In this document: piece after piece, positions 53,781 through 62,336 of the stretch
Position numbering within the stretch: position 1 is the first letter of the stretch
How the letters are laid out: each line of letters begins with the position of its first letter
IMG/VR virus record: IMGVR_UViG_3300045594_000145
Coordinates: 1 to 64,000 of that record
Reading direction: 5' to 3' (one strand)
Length of the DNA stretch: 64,000 nt
Source of the DNA: a virus
Taxonomy: Duplodnaviria; Caudoviricetes
Made by a program: the position numbers and the translations under genes
The notes under the pieces: model-generated
What the model was told of the DNA's origin: nothing
The model's database searches: none
Seen by the model: the letters and a program-made list of their open reading frames with translations, nothing else

Positions 53781-54239
53781 CTAATTCCGCTTTTTTTCGA
53801 AATACCAACTATTGGCTGCAAATATTTTCTGTGCGCGGACTTTTTTGATTCTATCTAAAGAGGTATTAATAATATCGTAATCAGAACTAAGACTACCATC
53901 TACTTTATCAGACGGACTCAACGTAATCATCTGACACTTATTTGGTAAGATTGATTGAATAAAATTTTCCGCATCATCAATAAAGAATAATACGTTTTCT
54001 TCCTTAAGTGCCTTATTTAAAGGTTCTTCTCCATAGAGTTGCCGCATTAAAGTTTCTGCTAATAATGGTTTATTTTGAAATGGCATAGATAACTCTCTAG
54101 CCTTGGCTTCAATCGAATTTCTATTCATTGAATTTGTACAAATTAAATAGCAATTATAACCTTCCTTTTGTTTCTGGAATATTTCGTAAATCATTTCGGT
54201 TGTTTTGCCAGTTCCTCTTGGCGCATAAATTATCTTCAT
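53781..54239 (-). CDS. Small P-loop protein
   Basis: APRGTGKTT, FFIDD. Confidence 0.6.
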   Translation of the reverse strand: MKIIYAPRGTGKTTEMIYEIFQKQKEGYNCYLICTNSMNRNSIEAKARELSMPFQNKPLLAETLMRQLYGEEPLNKALKEENVLFFIDDAENFIQSILPNKCQMITLSPSDKVDGSLSSDYDIINTSLDRIKKVRAQKIFAANSWYFEKKRN

Positions 54240-54501
54240 ATTATATTACTTCCTTTTCTGATTTTTTACTAATAGACTTTAAGTAAGAAGAAATTTGTTC
54301 TTCCTCTTCTGCGGTTGGATTCTTAAATTGTACTGCTCTTTATAAAGTTCTGGAAGTGGCATCTCCTTTCAACAAAGTATGACTTTAAATAGTGCTATGA
54401 CTAAAAGTGTTATAGCAATGATAAGTAAACCTAAACTATAAGCTGCTAATGCGGTTAGACAATGCTCGATTGAGAAAATTTTCTTTAGCCTGCTGATGAA
54501 A

Positions 54502-54939
54502 TTATTCATATTTGTTCTCTTCGTTCAAATCTTCAGTAGAGTTCCAAAAAGTTCTTGCAACTCCACTATTAACTACGTCTGCAATAATTCCGTCCATAAT
54601 CCCATCATAGGCATATTGCGCAACCATCCTTGACATGTATCCTTCACCTTCGCGGATATCGCGCCAGTTGAGATCAAGGTTATAGCAAGCTTCGGCAAGA
54701 AGTTCAAAGTTCCCAAAAAGACGCGCCGCACCAGTCATGTTGTCATCTACTTCTCCGACAATGGCATCTTCCTCTTGCATATCTTCACAGACGTAATTCA
54801 CAAACTCTACAAAAGTATCAAAATAAGTAAAATCAGTTCCCTCATAAAGCCACTTATATGCGGCGGCCTTTACTTCCTTATGATAGTCAAAAACATTGTT
54901 GGTTGATAACAGAAGCGTTGAACACTTATTCTTTTTCAT
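54502..54939 (-). CDS. Acidic hypothetical protein
   Basis: Weak similarity to 41308/52594 family. Confidence 0.55.
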   Translation of the reverse strand: MKKNKCSTLLLSTNNVFDYHKEVKAAAYKWLYEGTDFTYFDTFVEFVNYVCEDMQEEDAIVGEVDDNMTGAARLFGNFELLAEACYNLDLNWRDIREGEGYMSRMVAQYAYDGIMDGIIADVVNSGVARTFWNSTEDLNEENKYE

Positions 54940-55018
54940 AAGATGTAATTCCTTCCTTTTATATATTAATTATAACATAAAAAGCCGCAGAGGTCAACAA
55001 AAATCTGCGGCAACCACA

Positions 55019-55288
55019 TTAGAGGGTTCTAATCGGTAACCTTGAGAAATACCTAGAGCAGTGCATCGATCTGAAGTGTAACTCTAACCATTCCTCTGAT
55101 GGCTCCTGTTGAAAATCAAAGAAGAAGGTGCGGTTATCCCTGTGGTCTATCAAATATAAGATATATGGGTAAATACCTGAAGGATATTTCCGCAAAATAA
55201 AATGACACCATTCTCCCTCGAAGTCATCTATCATAGGGAACGACTCAAAATCTTCGCCCTCTGGCTTATCAACTGTGTATACTTTCAT
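55019..55288 (-). CDS. Hypothetical protein, paralogue of 51066-51362
   Basis: YLIDHRDNRTFFFDF..EEWLELHFRSMHCSR. Confidence 0.65.
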   Translation of the reverse strand: MKVYTVDKPEGEDFESFPMIDDFEGEWCHFILRKYPSGIYPYILYLIDHRDNRTFFFDFQQEPSEEWLELHFRSMHCSRYFSRLPIRTL

Positions 55289-55574
55289 CTGGCAGTATCC
55301 TTCCCCAAACTACCCAGTTCCAATCTAGTCCTAAGCAGTTCGCATCAGCAGTGGTTTGAATGCGGTCATAGTCAATCAAGGCGTCCTTTTCGATGAACCC
55401 CTTGGCTTCCTCGACTCTATCAAAATAGAACATTGACCGTACATACTTCCCATTCATCAACTTGAAGCAGTAATAGCACTTCTCTGGCTCGCCACTGATG
55501 GCACAAAGGTCATAGCGATATATACCATCTTCAGAGAGCCACTGGTCTTTGCTTCGTATTTTCTTAAATCTCAT
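55269..55574 (-). CDS. Hypothetical protein
   Basis: Coupled ORF. Confidence 0.55.
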   Translation of the reverse strand: MRFKKIRSKDQWLSEDGIYRYDLCAISGEPEKCYYCFKLMNGKYVRSMFYFDRVEEAKGFIEKDALIDYDRIQTTADANCLGLDWNWVVWGRILPDESIHS

Positions 55575-56011
55575 AGAGTCTCAATCTCCCAAACGTTCCT
55601 ATCCGCAGGTTTACTGATATAGATGTTCCCATTATCCTTACAGTTTTCCGCACTAAAGGTAAGCATAGTGAATTGTGAATTATGTCTTCCTTCCCTATAC
55701 CCGACAGCAAGACTCAGATCGCGGCCTTTTCTTTCTACCATAACTCTAATAGAAGTTACCAGAATGAAGTCTCCAGTGAGTAAATCGTCTGCTAACCATT
55801 GGTCACTTGTTTCAAATTCTGCCTGTTCATCTGCCGTCGAGATAGTTGCCTCAAAGAAATCTTCTGAAGACAGCTCTGCGTTCCCTAAACTTGAGAGTGT
55901 TACCGTTATGCCCTGTTGCGGCATTCCATCTTCCTGCTCAGTTTTCTGGATTTTGAGAGTGCAAAACCCATAGAAATTCTTTTCAATATTTACATCAACA
56001 CTGTTTTTCAT
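55571..56011 (-). CDS. Hypothetical protein
   Basis: RBS and promoter 56032-56061. Confidence 0.6.
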   Translation of the reverse strand: MKNSVDVNIEKNFYGFCTLKIQKTEQEDGMPQQGITVTLSSLGNAELSSEDFFEATISTADEQAEFETSDQWLADDLLTGDFILVTSIRVMVERKGRDLSLAVGYREGRHNSQFTMLTFSAENCKDNGNIYISKPADRNVWEIETL

Positions 56012-56139
56012 AGTTTTATCTCCTTCTATTATATTATATCATAGTGCGCGCAAAGTGTCAATAAGCACATTTTTTGACAATTTTTAAAAAATATGCTATA
56101 ATTAGTATGTAAGAGAGGAAAAGGAGCTTAAAAACTAAC

Positions 56140-56691
56140 ATGGGACTAAATTTATCGCAAACTGAACGTTTGCTTTCATATAAAGTGATACTGGGATACT
56201 TCAGACACCAAAGAGTAGCAGATTATATAGGTGTCGACAGAGGAGTCATCCACAATGTGCGGCGTCACGCAGATTTAACAGAAGAAGAATTGAAGGACTT
56301 GGAATCAACTATGTACTTCAATCTCTATCCGAATGAGGTTAATGCCCTCCTCGACCTCATGGAAATGCTCCAAGTGCATGCAGAGGAGTTAACTAATAAA
56401 GATTTAACAGATGCGGAACGTGAGGCGCATATGAAAGTCCTCATGTACTACCTAAGACCTACACTAGTTGGTCGTATGGCAGGTGTCTCCGAATCTGATA
56501 TTCACAATCGGCTTACCCTTTTTAGAAGGAAGCCTCGGATCAGCGTTTACAAACAGGTTCAAGAGATATTACTTGCTGATTTCTTCCCGCTAAAAGAGTG
56601 CCTTAAAGAAGAGAATCTTTCAGAAGAAGCTCTTGAGCAATTTAGGAAGCTTGACGGCAAGGAACGTTTCAAACAAGTAAGACTCCGCTAA
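56140..56691 (+). CDS. Putative HTH regulator with internal duplication
   Basis: VADYIGVDRGVIHN and VGRMAGVSESDIHN; divergent promoter TTGACA..TGCTATAAT at 56074-56102. Confidence 0.6.
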   Translation: MGLNLSQTERLLSYKVILGYFRHQRVADYIGVDRGVIHNVRRHADLTEEELKDLESTMYFNLYPNEVNALLDLMEMLQVHAEELTNKDLTDAEREAHMKVLMYYLRPTLVGRMAGVSESDIHNRLTLFRRKPRISVYKQVQEILLADFFPLKECLKEENLSEEALEQFRKLDGKERFKQVRLR

Positions 56692-56697
56692 ATCTCC

Positions 56698-57351
56698 TTA
56701 GCAGTTTGCTTCATCTGCTTCATCACAGAGCTGCTCCTCTCCCTCAGCATTAAACAAACCTACATAGTCTTTATCAAATAGACCATCCACTCCGCCGTAA
56801 TCAATAAATACAATTCGACCGTCATAAATACCAATATTTCCGTCATGGGCATCTTTAAGTAAAAAGATATAAAGGTCCCCATTTTCAGCCCACATTTTAG
56901 ACATTCCGTCTAAAAAGTTACTCACCATAGCATTTACATCTTCAGCAGACATTCCGAGTTCAGCGGCATTGTAGAGAGAAGTTTTAACAACTTCCTTCAA
57001 TTCATATTTCCAGCCATCAGCAAAAGCATTTTCGTGAGACTCAGAGATCTGATTAGTTCTGCTCACATAGGAATTATCTTCTTCCTTGCTATTAGGATAA
57101 TATCCTTTGCAAGTTGCGCGAGCCATCTTAATGCACTCATAATCGCTATGCTGTAGGTCAATAGGACATAACACATTATACTTAGATCCGAATTCGTTGA
57201 AAATACCAAGCTCATTGAGATTGGTGTAGAGAATATCGAGGTTAGAAGATTCTCCACTTTCAACATTCTCAGTGTTGTAGTGCTTCTCAACATAGTCTGG
57301 GTAAATCTCAGTTCTTCTAAATAAACCATAACGTACATCTTCTGGAGTCAT
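56698..57351 (-). CDS. Protein kinase-like protein
   Basis: DAHDGNIG catalytic loop and FIDYG. Confidence 0.6.
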   Translation of the reverse strand: MTPEDVRYGLFRRTEIYPDYVEKHYNTENVESGESSNLDILYTNLNELGIFNEFGSKYNVLCPIDLQHSDYECIKMARATCKGYYPNSKEEDNSYVSRTNQISESHENAFADGWKYELKEVVKTSLYNAAELGMSAEDVNAMVSNFLDGMSKMWAENGDLYIFLLKDAHDGNIGIYDGRIVFIDYGGVDGLFDKDYVGLFNAEGEEQLCDEADEANC

Positions 57352-57689
57352 AATTGTATTCTCCTTTTCTTTATACATATAGTATACCATAAAAGGTAAA
57401 AAACGTCAACAGAGAAGTTTTAGAGATCTTGATAGTATTGTTACCAAAGCACGGAGCGCAATTTCTACTAAGATGTCAACTAAGATCCCACATGACGAGT
57501 CGATCTCCTGTTCACACACTTTTCTGTCCTTCCCCCACTTTTTATCTACTTTTCTCCCACATTTTGCAGGAAATCTTCACTTTTGGTAGCACTGTTTCTT
57601 CCGGTTTTTAGATATGATTTTAGCTTAATCGTTCATTTAGGCTCAGAAAAACGGGTAAATATCCGAAAAAGGGCAAAAGCTAAATTTAA

Positions 57690-58490
57690 AGCTGCTCAGA
57701 ATCAGCCAAAAGCTTAATTTTCATAGTAAAAAATCGGACAAAAGACTCCTCCGGAGAGAAAAAATTTGCTCTGTGTTTCGTCGGCAAGGCTCTATGCTTT
57801 TAGCTTATCTTAAAGTGCGCGCACGCCCATCATTGGGTTCAATTCTTCAGTCATTATTCCACTATTTGCGGCTAGACATTCCCTAATTTTTGTCTAAAAA
57901 GTCAGGTTTCCCCCATATTTGGTCGAGTTTCTTACATTTTCCCCACAATTTCATCGAGTTTCCTACAATTTTCTCATCCTTCCATCCTATTTCTTCTAAA
58001 AACTGCCTATCCCGCAACGTCTTTTTTCTATTACTGCCAATTATGTGATTTTTATAGCTTTTTCCCTTGTTTTTTCACATATTTATGCTAATAGAGCAAA
58101 TTAAATTTTTCCCTCTACTCTCCCAAAGGAAGGGGCAAAAAGCGCTTTCTTATTCAGCTAGAATTCAGCGAAAAGCTTGATTTTTGAGTCAAAAAATATG
58201 ACAAAACAACTTTCGGAGAGAAAATTTTGTCCTGTGTAATGTCAGAAGAACATTATGCTTTTAGCTGGTTGAAAATCCTGCGCAAAGAGTGCGGCCAGGT
58301 ATGTCAGGATGCGCCGCATTTCAATAAAAACACCTGTGATATAGCTTTAAATTTTTTTTACGGGTATTTACTCGAAAAATGGAAAAACGCTTTTTTAAAG
58401 CGCTAAATAGGAAGCAAAAAGCTTGTTTTTTGAGTCAAAAATCATGACAAAAGACTGCCCGGAGAGGAAAATTTTAGTTAAAAATCTGAC
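57690..58490. repeat. Three degenerate direct repeats (~80-130 bp)
   Basis: AAAAGCTT..AAAAAT..GACAAAA..CGGAGAG.AAAATTT at ~57708, ~58171, ~58417. Confidence 0.65.
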
Positions 58491-58824
58491 ACAGGAGTAC
58501 ACCCAATTTTTGATTTTAGAAGATATTGCGCGATGGACACTTTCTAAAATTTGTCTACCATTTGAAGTCTCACTAGTCCGCCATTTCGGGTTGGACTTTT
58601 TTGCCGTTTCAGTGGTCAAGATTTCCTTGACAAGTGGCCGACATGCGCGTAAAATTGTCGCGTTTGACGGGACACTGTATCTCTTAGTTGCGCCGCAGTT
58701 TATAATTTACTCCAAAAATTTTGTGTACCATTTTCAGAATACAGAATTTTTTTAAGCTTTTTGCACAAAAAAAAATTGTGTACTCATTTCAGAATACAGA
58801 AATTTTTCCAGCTATGGGCGCAAT

Positions 58825-58852
58825 AAAAAAGAGAAGCCGCAAGGCTTCTCTC
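58825..58852 (-). terminator. Intrinsic terminator
   Basis: AGAGAAGCC TTGC GGCTTCTCT plus U-tract. Confidence 0.7.
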
Positions 58853-58863
58853 TAGGTCAACTA

Positions 58864-59157
58864 TTAGAACCAGAATGGAAAATTGAAAATTGAATCAAAG
58901 ATATCGGTTGGCTTGTCATCAATGCGCGTCTCAACAGAGAACCAGGTGCCGTAATCCTTGATGAACTGATTCTTCAATTCATTGTAGTGATCGATTGCGT
59001 CTTCAGCAGACTTCTGCGCCTTCTCAACCTCAGCCGCACGCGCCTTCTTTTCTGCGTTCTTCTTCTTTGTGAGTTCTGCGCTCTTGGCTGCTTCTACTTC
59101 AGCCTTCTTTGCATCCTCGATGTTGTCAAATGTCTTTGTTCCTACTAAATACTTCAT
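58864..59157 (-). CDS. Hypothetical coiled-coil protein
   Basis: ATG 59157 after AAGGAG. Confidence 0.65.
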   Translation of the reverse strand: MKYLVGTKTFDNIEDAKKAEVEAAKSAELTKKKNAEKKARAAEVEKAQKSAEDAIDHYNELKNQFIKDYGTWFSVETRIDDKPTDIFDSIFNFPFWF

Positions 59158-59289
59158 GTGTTTTCTCCTTTGCGGCCCTTGCTGCCGTCTTACTACTGCG
59201 TCTATCACGCAGGAAAAACCTGCCGAAGCAGGTTGTATGCGTAAATGATATATACGTAGAATTATCCCAGTGGATTATCATTTACGACT

Positions 59290-59374
59290 AGAGAATTGGT
59301 TCTTCTACTTCGGCGGCGAACCGCTTCCTTGAATTAGTAGACTGCGCCGCATAGAGGCTTCTCTTATGCAGTCC
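59290..59374 (-). ncRNA. HDV-like ribozyme B
   Basis: P1 GGACUGC/GCAGUCU, P2 AGAGAA/UUCUCU, P3 GCC/GGC, L3 UCUAUGC, long P4, J4/2 CCAA; P1.1 partial. Confidence 0.7.
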
Positions 59375-59544
59375 TAATCAAATCATAATACACATACTTC
59401 TCAGGTATGCCGAGGCTTATTTGCACTGGTCATGACTCCACGCTTATTCGCCATTTCTGCCGCAACCTACTTTCATCGCGATGTCCAGTAAGTTCTTTTG
59501 GTGTAACCATCCTAACAGTAAGGACTGGTAAGATTTGATTGTGA

Positions 59545-59610
59545 TAGATTTAGTTCTCTCGCCCAAGAGCAAGTCCAGCCGCACCCCGTGGAGGTATCTA
59601 ACTTGCGGCC
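59545..59610 (-). ncRNA. HDV-like ribozyme C
   Basis: P1 GGCCGC/GCGGCU, P2 UAGAU/AUCUA, P3 ACC/GGU, L3 UCCACGG, P1.1 CC/GG, P4 CUUGCUC/GGGCGAG, J4/2 CUAA. Confidence 0.8.
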
Positions 59611-59859
59611 ACCCGCTTATCTTATTGAAAGCGGTAGAAAGTCAGTTTTGCTCTTTGAAAAGCTAAGTCAACCTGCCGCCGCAGGATTTAAAGCGTACGC
59701 AACTCTTCTTTTTGGTTAAGAGAGGTATTGACGAGAGAACCGCCCCACGTCTGGGGACTTAGTGGCTTAAGCTTTGACTTCGTACAGTGCTACACTAACT
59801 GAAGTCTAGGCGTTAGTATGTCATTACATTGCAGTAATGGATACTTAATCCTTGTATTT

Positions 59860-59932
59860 TGGGTACGTCTGGAATCGAACCAAAACCTTCTCCCCATACA
59901 AGAGGAGATGCACAGCCACGCACTGTATACCG
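59860..59932 (-). tRNA. Degenerate tRNA-like element (TGT loop)
   Basis: T arm TTTGG TTCGATT CCAGA, TCTCCTC/GGGGAGA stem, GGTAT/GTACC acceptor-like pairing. Confidence 0.45.
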
Positions 59933-59959
59933 TCAGGGTCTTTCACCAAAGGATTATTT

Positions 59960-60030
59960 GTAGAACTTTGTTTAGTCTGGAGCTACCAAATTGTCCACTC
60001 TCGCCACGGGGAGGCGTCTACTATGAGAGC
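59960..60030 (-). ncRNA. HDV-like ribozyme D
   Basis: P1 GCUCUC/GAGAGU, P2 GUAGA/UCUAC, P3 GCC/GGC, L3 UCCCCGU, P1.1 CC/GG, J4/2 CAAA. Confidence 0.78.
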
Positions 60031-60086
60031 ATATAGATTGCGCGGTTACTTACTTGGGCGCGCCAATGAACCGTCTGCCGCAATCT

Positions 60087-60140
60087 TGATGTATTAGTTG
60101 GATATCCAGACACGCCACGAGGAGGCTACATCATGTGTCC
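60087..60140 (-). ncRNA. HDV-like ribozyme E (minimal, 54 nt)
   Basis: P1 GGACAC/GUGUCU, P2 UGAUGUA/UACAUCA, P3 GCC/GGC, L3 UCCUCGU, P1.1 CC/GG, J4/2 CUAA. Confidence 0.85.
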
Positions 60141-60608
60141 ATCCCCTTGCCTAGGAGCTACCTAGACAGGAGTTATATGCTTTCCCTAAGCAGGGGCCGA
60201 AGCCCAAGGGGTTAGTTCGCGTGGGAAACTACCAAGGTGCTAAATCCGATCGGTTGCGCGCAATTTTCCTGACACTCTTTAGACTCGCGAGGAAAATTTC
60301 TAATTCTACGAGCAAGCTTTTCTCTTCTTTATACTTGGTGAGCGTTCATCCAAGCGGCGTTTACTTCTTTATCCTCGCATAAACACCAAAACGCGAGTCG
60401 GCCGCAGGCCGTTTATCCTTTAATTTTACCACTAGAGAAGTAGGAATATGGGTATGTTCACTCGCGGAACATACAAGTAGCGCTTTGCTCTAATCACGGG
60501 ATAGAGGTACGAGATCGGCAGTTCCTGTTTACCGCAAAGGTGGAGGTTTAGGGGTGCGTGAACCTGTTTCTTTCAATTATAACGCCCGAAGTTCTAAGAG
60601 GCAGCTTA

Positions 60609-60938
60609 TTACTTATTAGCTTTATAATTCTTCCAGAAATCGGAGTTGACTATAAAGTTATTCATATGGAGATAGAAGTTATCACTATAACCGGTTGCCG
60701 CATTAGTCATGTGATACTGATCAAACCATGCTTCTTCACTGTAACCATTTGCTCTATCGTGGAAAGTAACACGATACACTGAATTGACGCCACTGTGGTC
60801 TTCATACCTATTATCGTATCTTTCATGGATAACCGCGTAGAAGCGACCTTTGTAAACGTCCTTTTCTATTTGTTTATTCATGTGACGAACAGCAGTTCTA
60901 GCGCGTCTTTTATTCGCTCTTACTTTTTTGTCTATCAT
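60609..60938 (-). CDS. Hypothetical protein
   Basis: ATG 60938 after GAGGGAG; promoter 60964-60992. Confidence 0.65.
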   Translation of the reverse strand: MIDKKVRANKRRARTAVRHMNKQIEKDVYKGRFYAVIHERYDNRYEDHSGVNSVYRVTFHDRANGYSEEAWFDQYHMTNAATGYSDNFYLHMNNFIVNSDFWKNYKANK

Positions 60939-61001
60939 GTTAACTCCCTCACTTTCTATATATATTATATCATAGATTTTGAAGATTGTCAAGCAGATGT
61001 T

Positions 61002-61057
61002 TGATGATTCTCAGTAGAAGAGCAGTTGCGCCGCGAGCAGGCGATCATCATGCAACC
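61002..61057 (-). ncRNA. HDV-like ribozyme F (minimal)
   Basis: P1 GGUUGC/GCAACU, P2 UGAUGAU/AUCAUCA, P3 GCC/GGC, L3 UGCUCGC, compensatory P1.1 GC/GC, J4/2 CUGA. Confidence 0.75.
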
Positions 61058-61109
61058 ATATGGGGAGCCGTCTGGCAAACGACTCCCAGCAAAAGAGAGA
61101 GTATACAAA

Positions 61110-61171
61110 CGAACTTTTAGAACCCGAAGGGGTAGCCGCATTGCCACGTCAAGGCAAGTTCGATAATGCGG
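61110..61171 (-). ncRNA. HDV-like ribozyme G (variant)
   Basis: P1 CCGCAUU/AAUGCGG (C-G first pair), P2 CGAACUU/AAGUUCG, P3 GCC/GGC, L3 UUGACGU, UUCG P4, J4/2 CUAA. Confidence 0.62.
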
Positions 61172-61203
61172 GAGTCAATGCCCCGAAGGGCATCGACCGA
61201 TAA

Positions 61204-61572
61204 TTACTTAGCGAGACTGTAAACCTTAGTCTTCTTCTCGCCGTCTGCTGAAACAGCCTTACCAGCCTTAACAAGAGCTGTTAATGCGCCGATAGCCTGA
61301 GCAGTTGTGATGTTAGCCTTAGCTGCGATATCCTTAGAACCTGCTGGTTCATCAGTCAGAACCGCAAGGACTGCGGCCCTACGAGCTTCAACTTCAGGAT
61401 CAGCCTTACGGACTACTGGGTGAGCCTTACGATACTCCTTAACATGAGCATCCTGTTCGATCTTTGCATCAACCCAAGCTGCCAGTTCAGCATCTGTATT
61501 TCCATTAGCGGTGAGGAAGTCCTTAATCATCTGTAAACCCTTAGTGTTAGTGATTTTTTCTGTCTTTTCCAT
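61204..61572 (-). CDS. Winged-helix DNA-binding protein (paralogue)
   Basis: KADPEVEARRAAVLAVLT..SKDIA..ALTALVKAG. Confidence 0.7.
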   Translation of the reverse strand: MEKTEKITNTKGLQMIKDFLTANGNTDAELAAWVDAKIEQDAHVKEYRKAHPVVRKADPEVEARRAAVLAVLTDEPAGSKDIAAKANITTAQAIGALTALVKAGKAVSADGEKKTKVYSLAK

Positions 61573-61797
61573 GATTTTCTTTTCGAGATTTTATAATCTC
61601 TTTCCCTTTCTTATAAGTACATTATACCATATAATTTTGAAATCGTCAATAATTTTTTTGTAAGATTTTTTCTTTGGGAATTTTCCCTTTCCTTACCTTA
61701 CATAATAATTATAACATATTTTTTTGAGTCTGTCAACAACAATTTATTTAAGCGATGAGAGGAAGTGCGCGCTGGGCGCACTTCCGATCAGTGAAGG

Positions 61798-62160
61798 TTA
61801 GGCATTAACCTTGTAAGTATTCGGCTTTTTGCCATTGTCGACCTTAGTGATAGAACCTGCCTTAGCAAGAGCAACCAGAGCCGCAGATGCCTGACCAGCA
61901 GTTAAGCCAGTCTTTTCAGCAACTTCCTTAGAGGTCATCTCATCAGCAGTTAGAACTGCAAGCACAGTAGCCTTTCTTGCTTCGACTTCTGGATTAGCCT
62001 TTTTAACAGCTGGGCGCGCGGCGCGTCTAGCCTTTACCTTTTCCTCAGCTTCGATTCTAGAGTCGATGAAATCAAGTAACTCCTTCTGATTCTCAACGTT
62101 TGACGCCTCAACCAAAGCCTTTACCTCTGCAAATCTCTGTTCATTAGTAACCTTTTTCAT
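61798..62160 (-). CDS. Winged-helix DNA-binding protein (paralogue)
   Basis: KANPEVEARKATVLAVLT..SKEVA..ALVALAKAG. Confidence 0.7.
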   Translation of the reverse strand: MKKVTNEQRFAEVKALVEASNVENQKELLDFIDSRIEAEEKVKARRAARPAVKKANPEVEARKATVLAVLTADEMTSKEVAEKTGLTAGQASAALVALAKAGSITKVDNGKKPNTYKVNA

Positions 62161-62336
62161 GATGTTATTCTCCTTATTTTTTACATTTATATTATAACAT
62201 AGAATTTTTAGTTTGTCTACAATGACTTTTGGGGAATTTTCATTGTTGAGTGTAATTCATAAGGTTTTTATTACCCTTCCCCTACCTTATATAAATATTA
62301 TACCATAGAATGTGAAGATTGTCAACAACAACTTAA

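Noticed and set aside
57690-58810. CRISPR array
   Set aside because: Repeats are long, degenerate and irregularly spaced; no cas genes
59735-59810. Pistol ribozyme (GCTTAAGC.CACTAAG with loop pseudoknot)
   Set aside because: Lacks the conserved GCG after the pseudoknot and a convincing P2; kept only as a generic pseudoknot
59818-60097. Plus-strand ORFs 59818-60036 and 59852-60097
   Set aside because: No RBS; antisense to ribozyme and tRNA-like structures
60262-60300. Eighth HDV-like ribozyme (TCCTCGC loop)
   Set aside because: No P1/P2 pseudoknot; a simple AATTTTCCT/AGGAAAATT hairpin explains it
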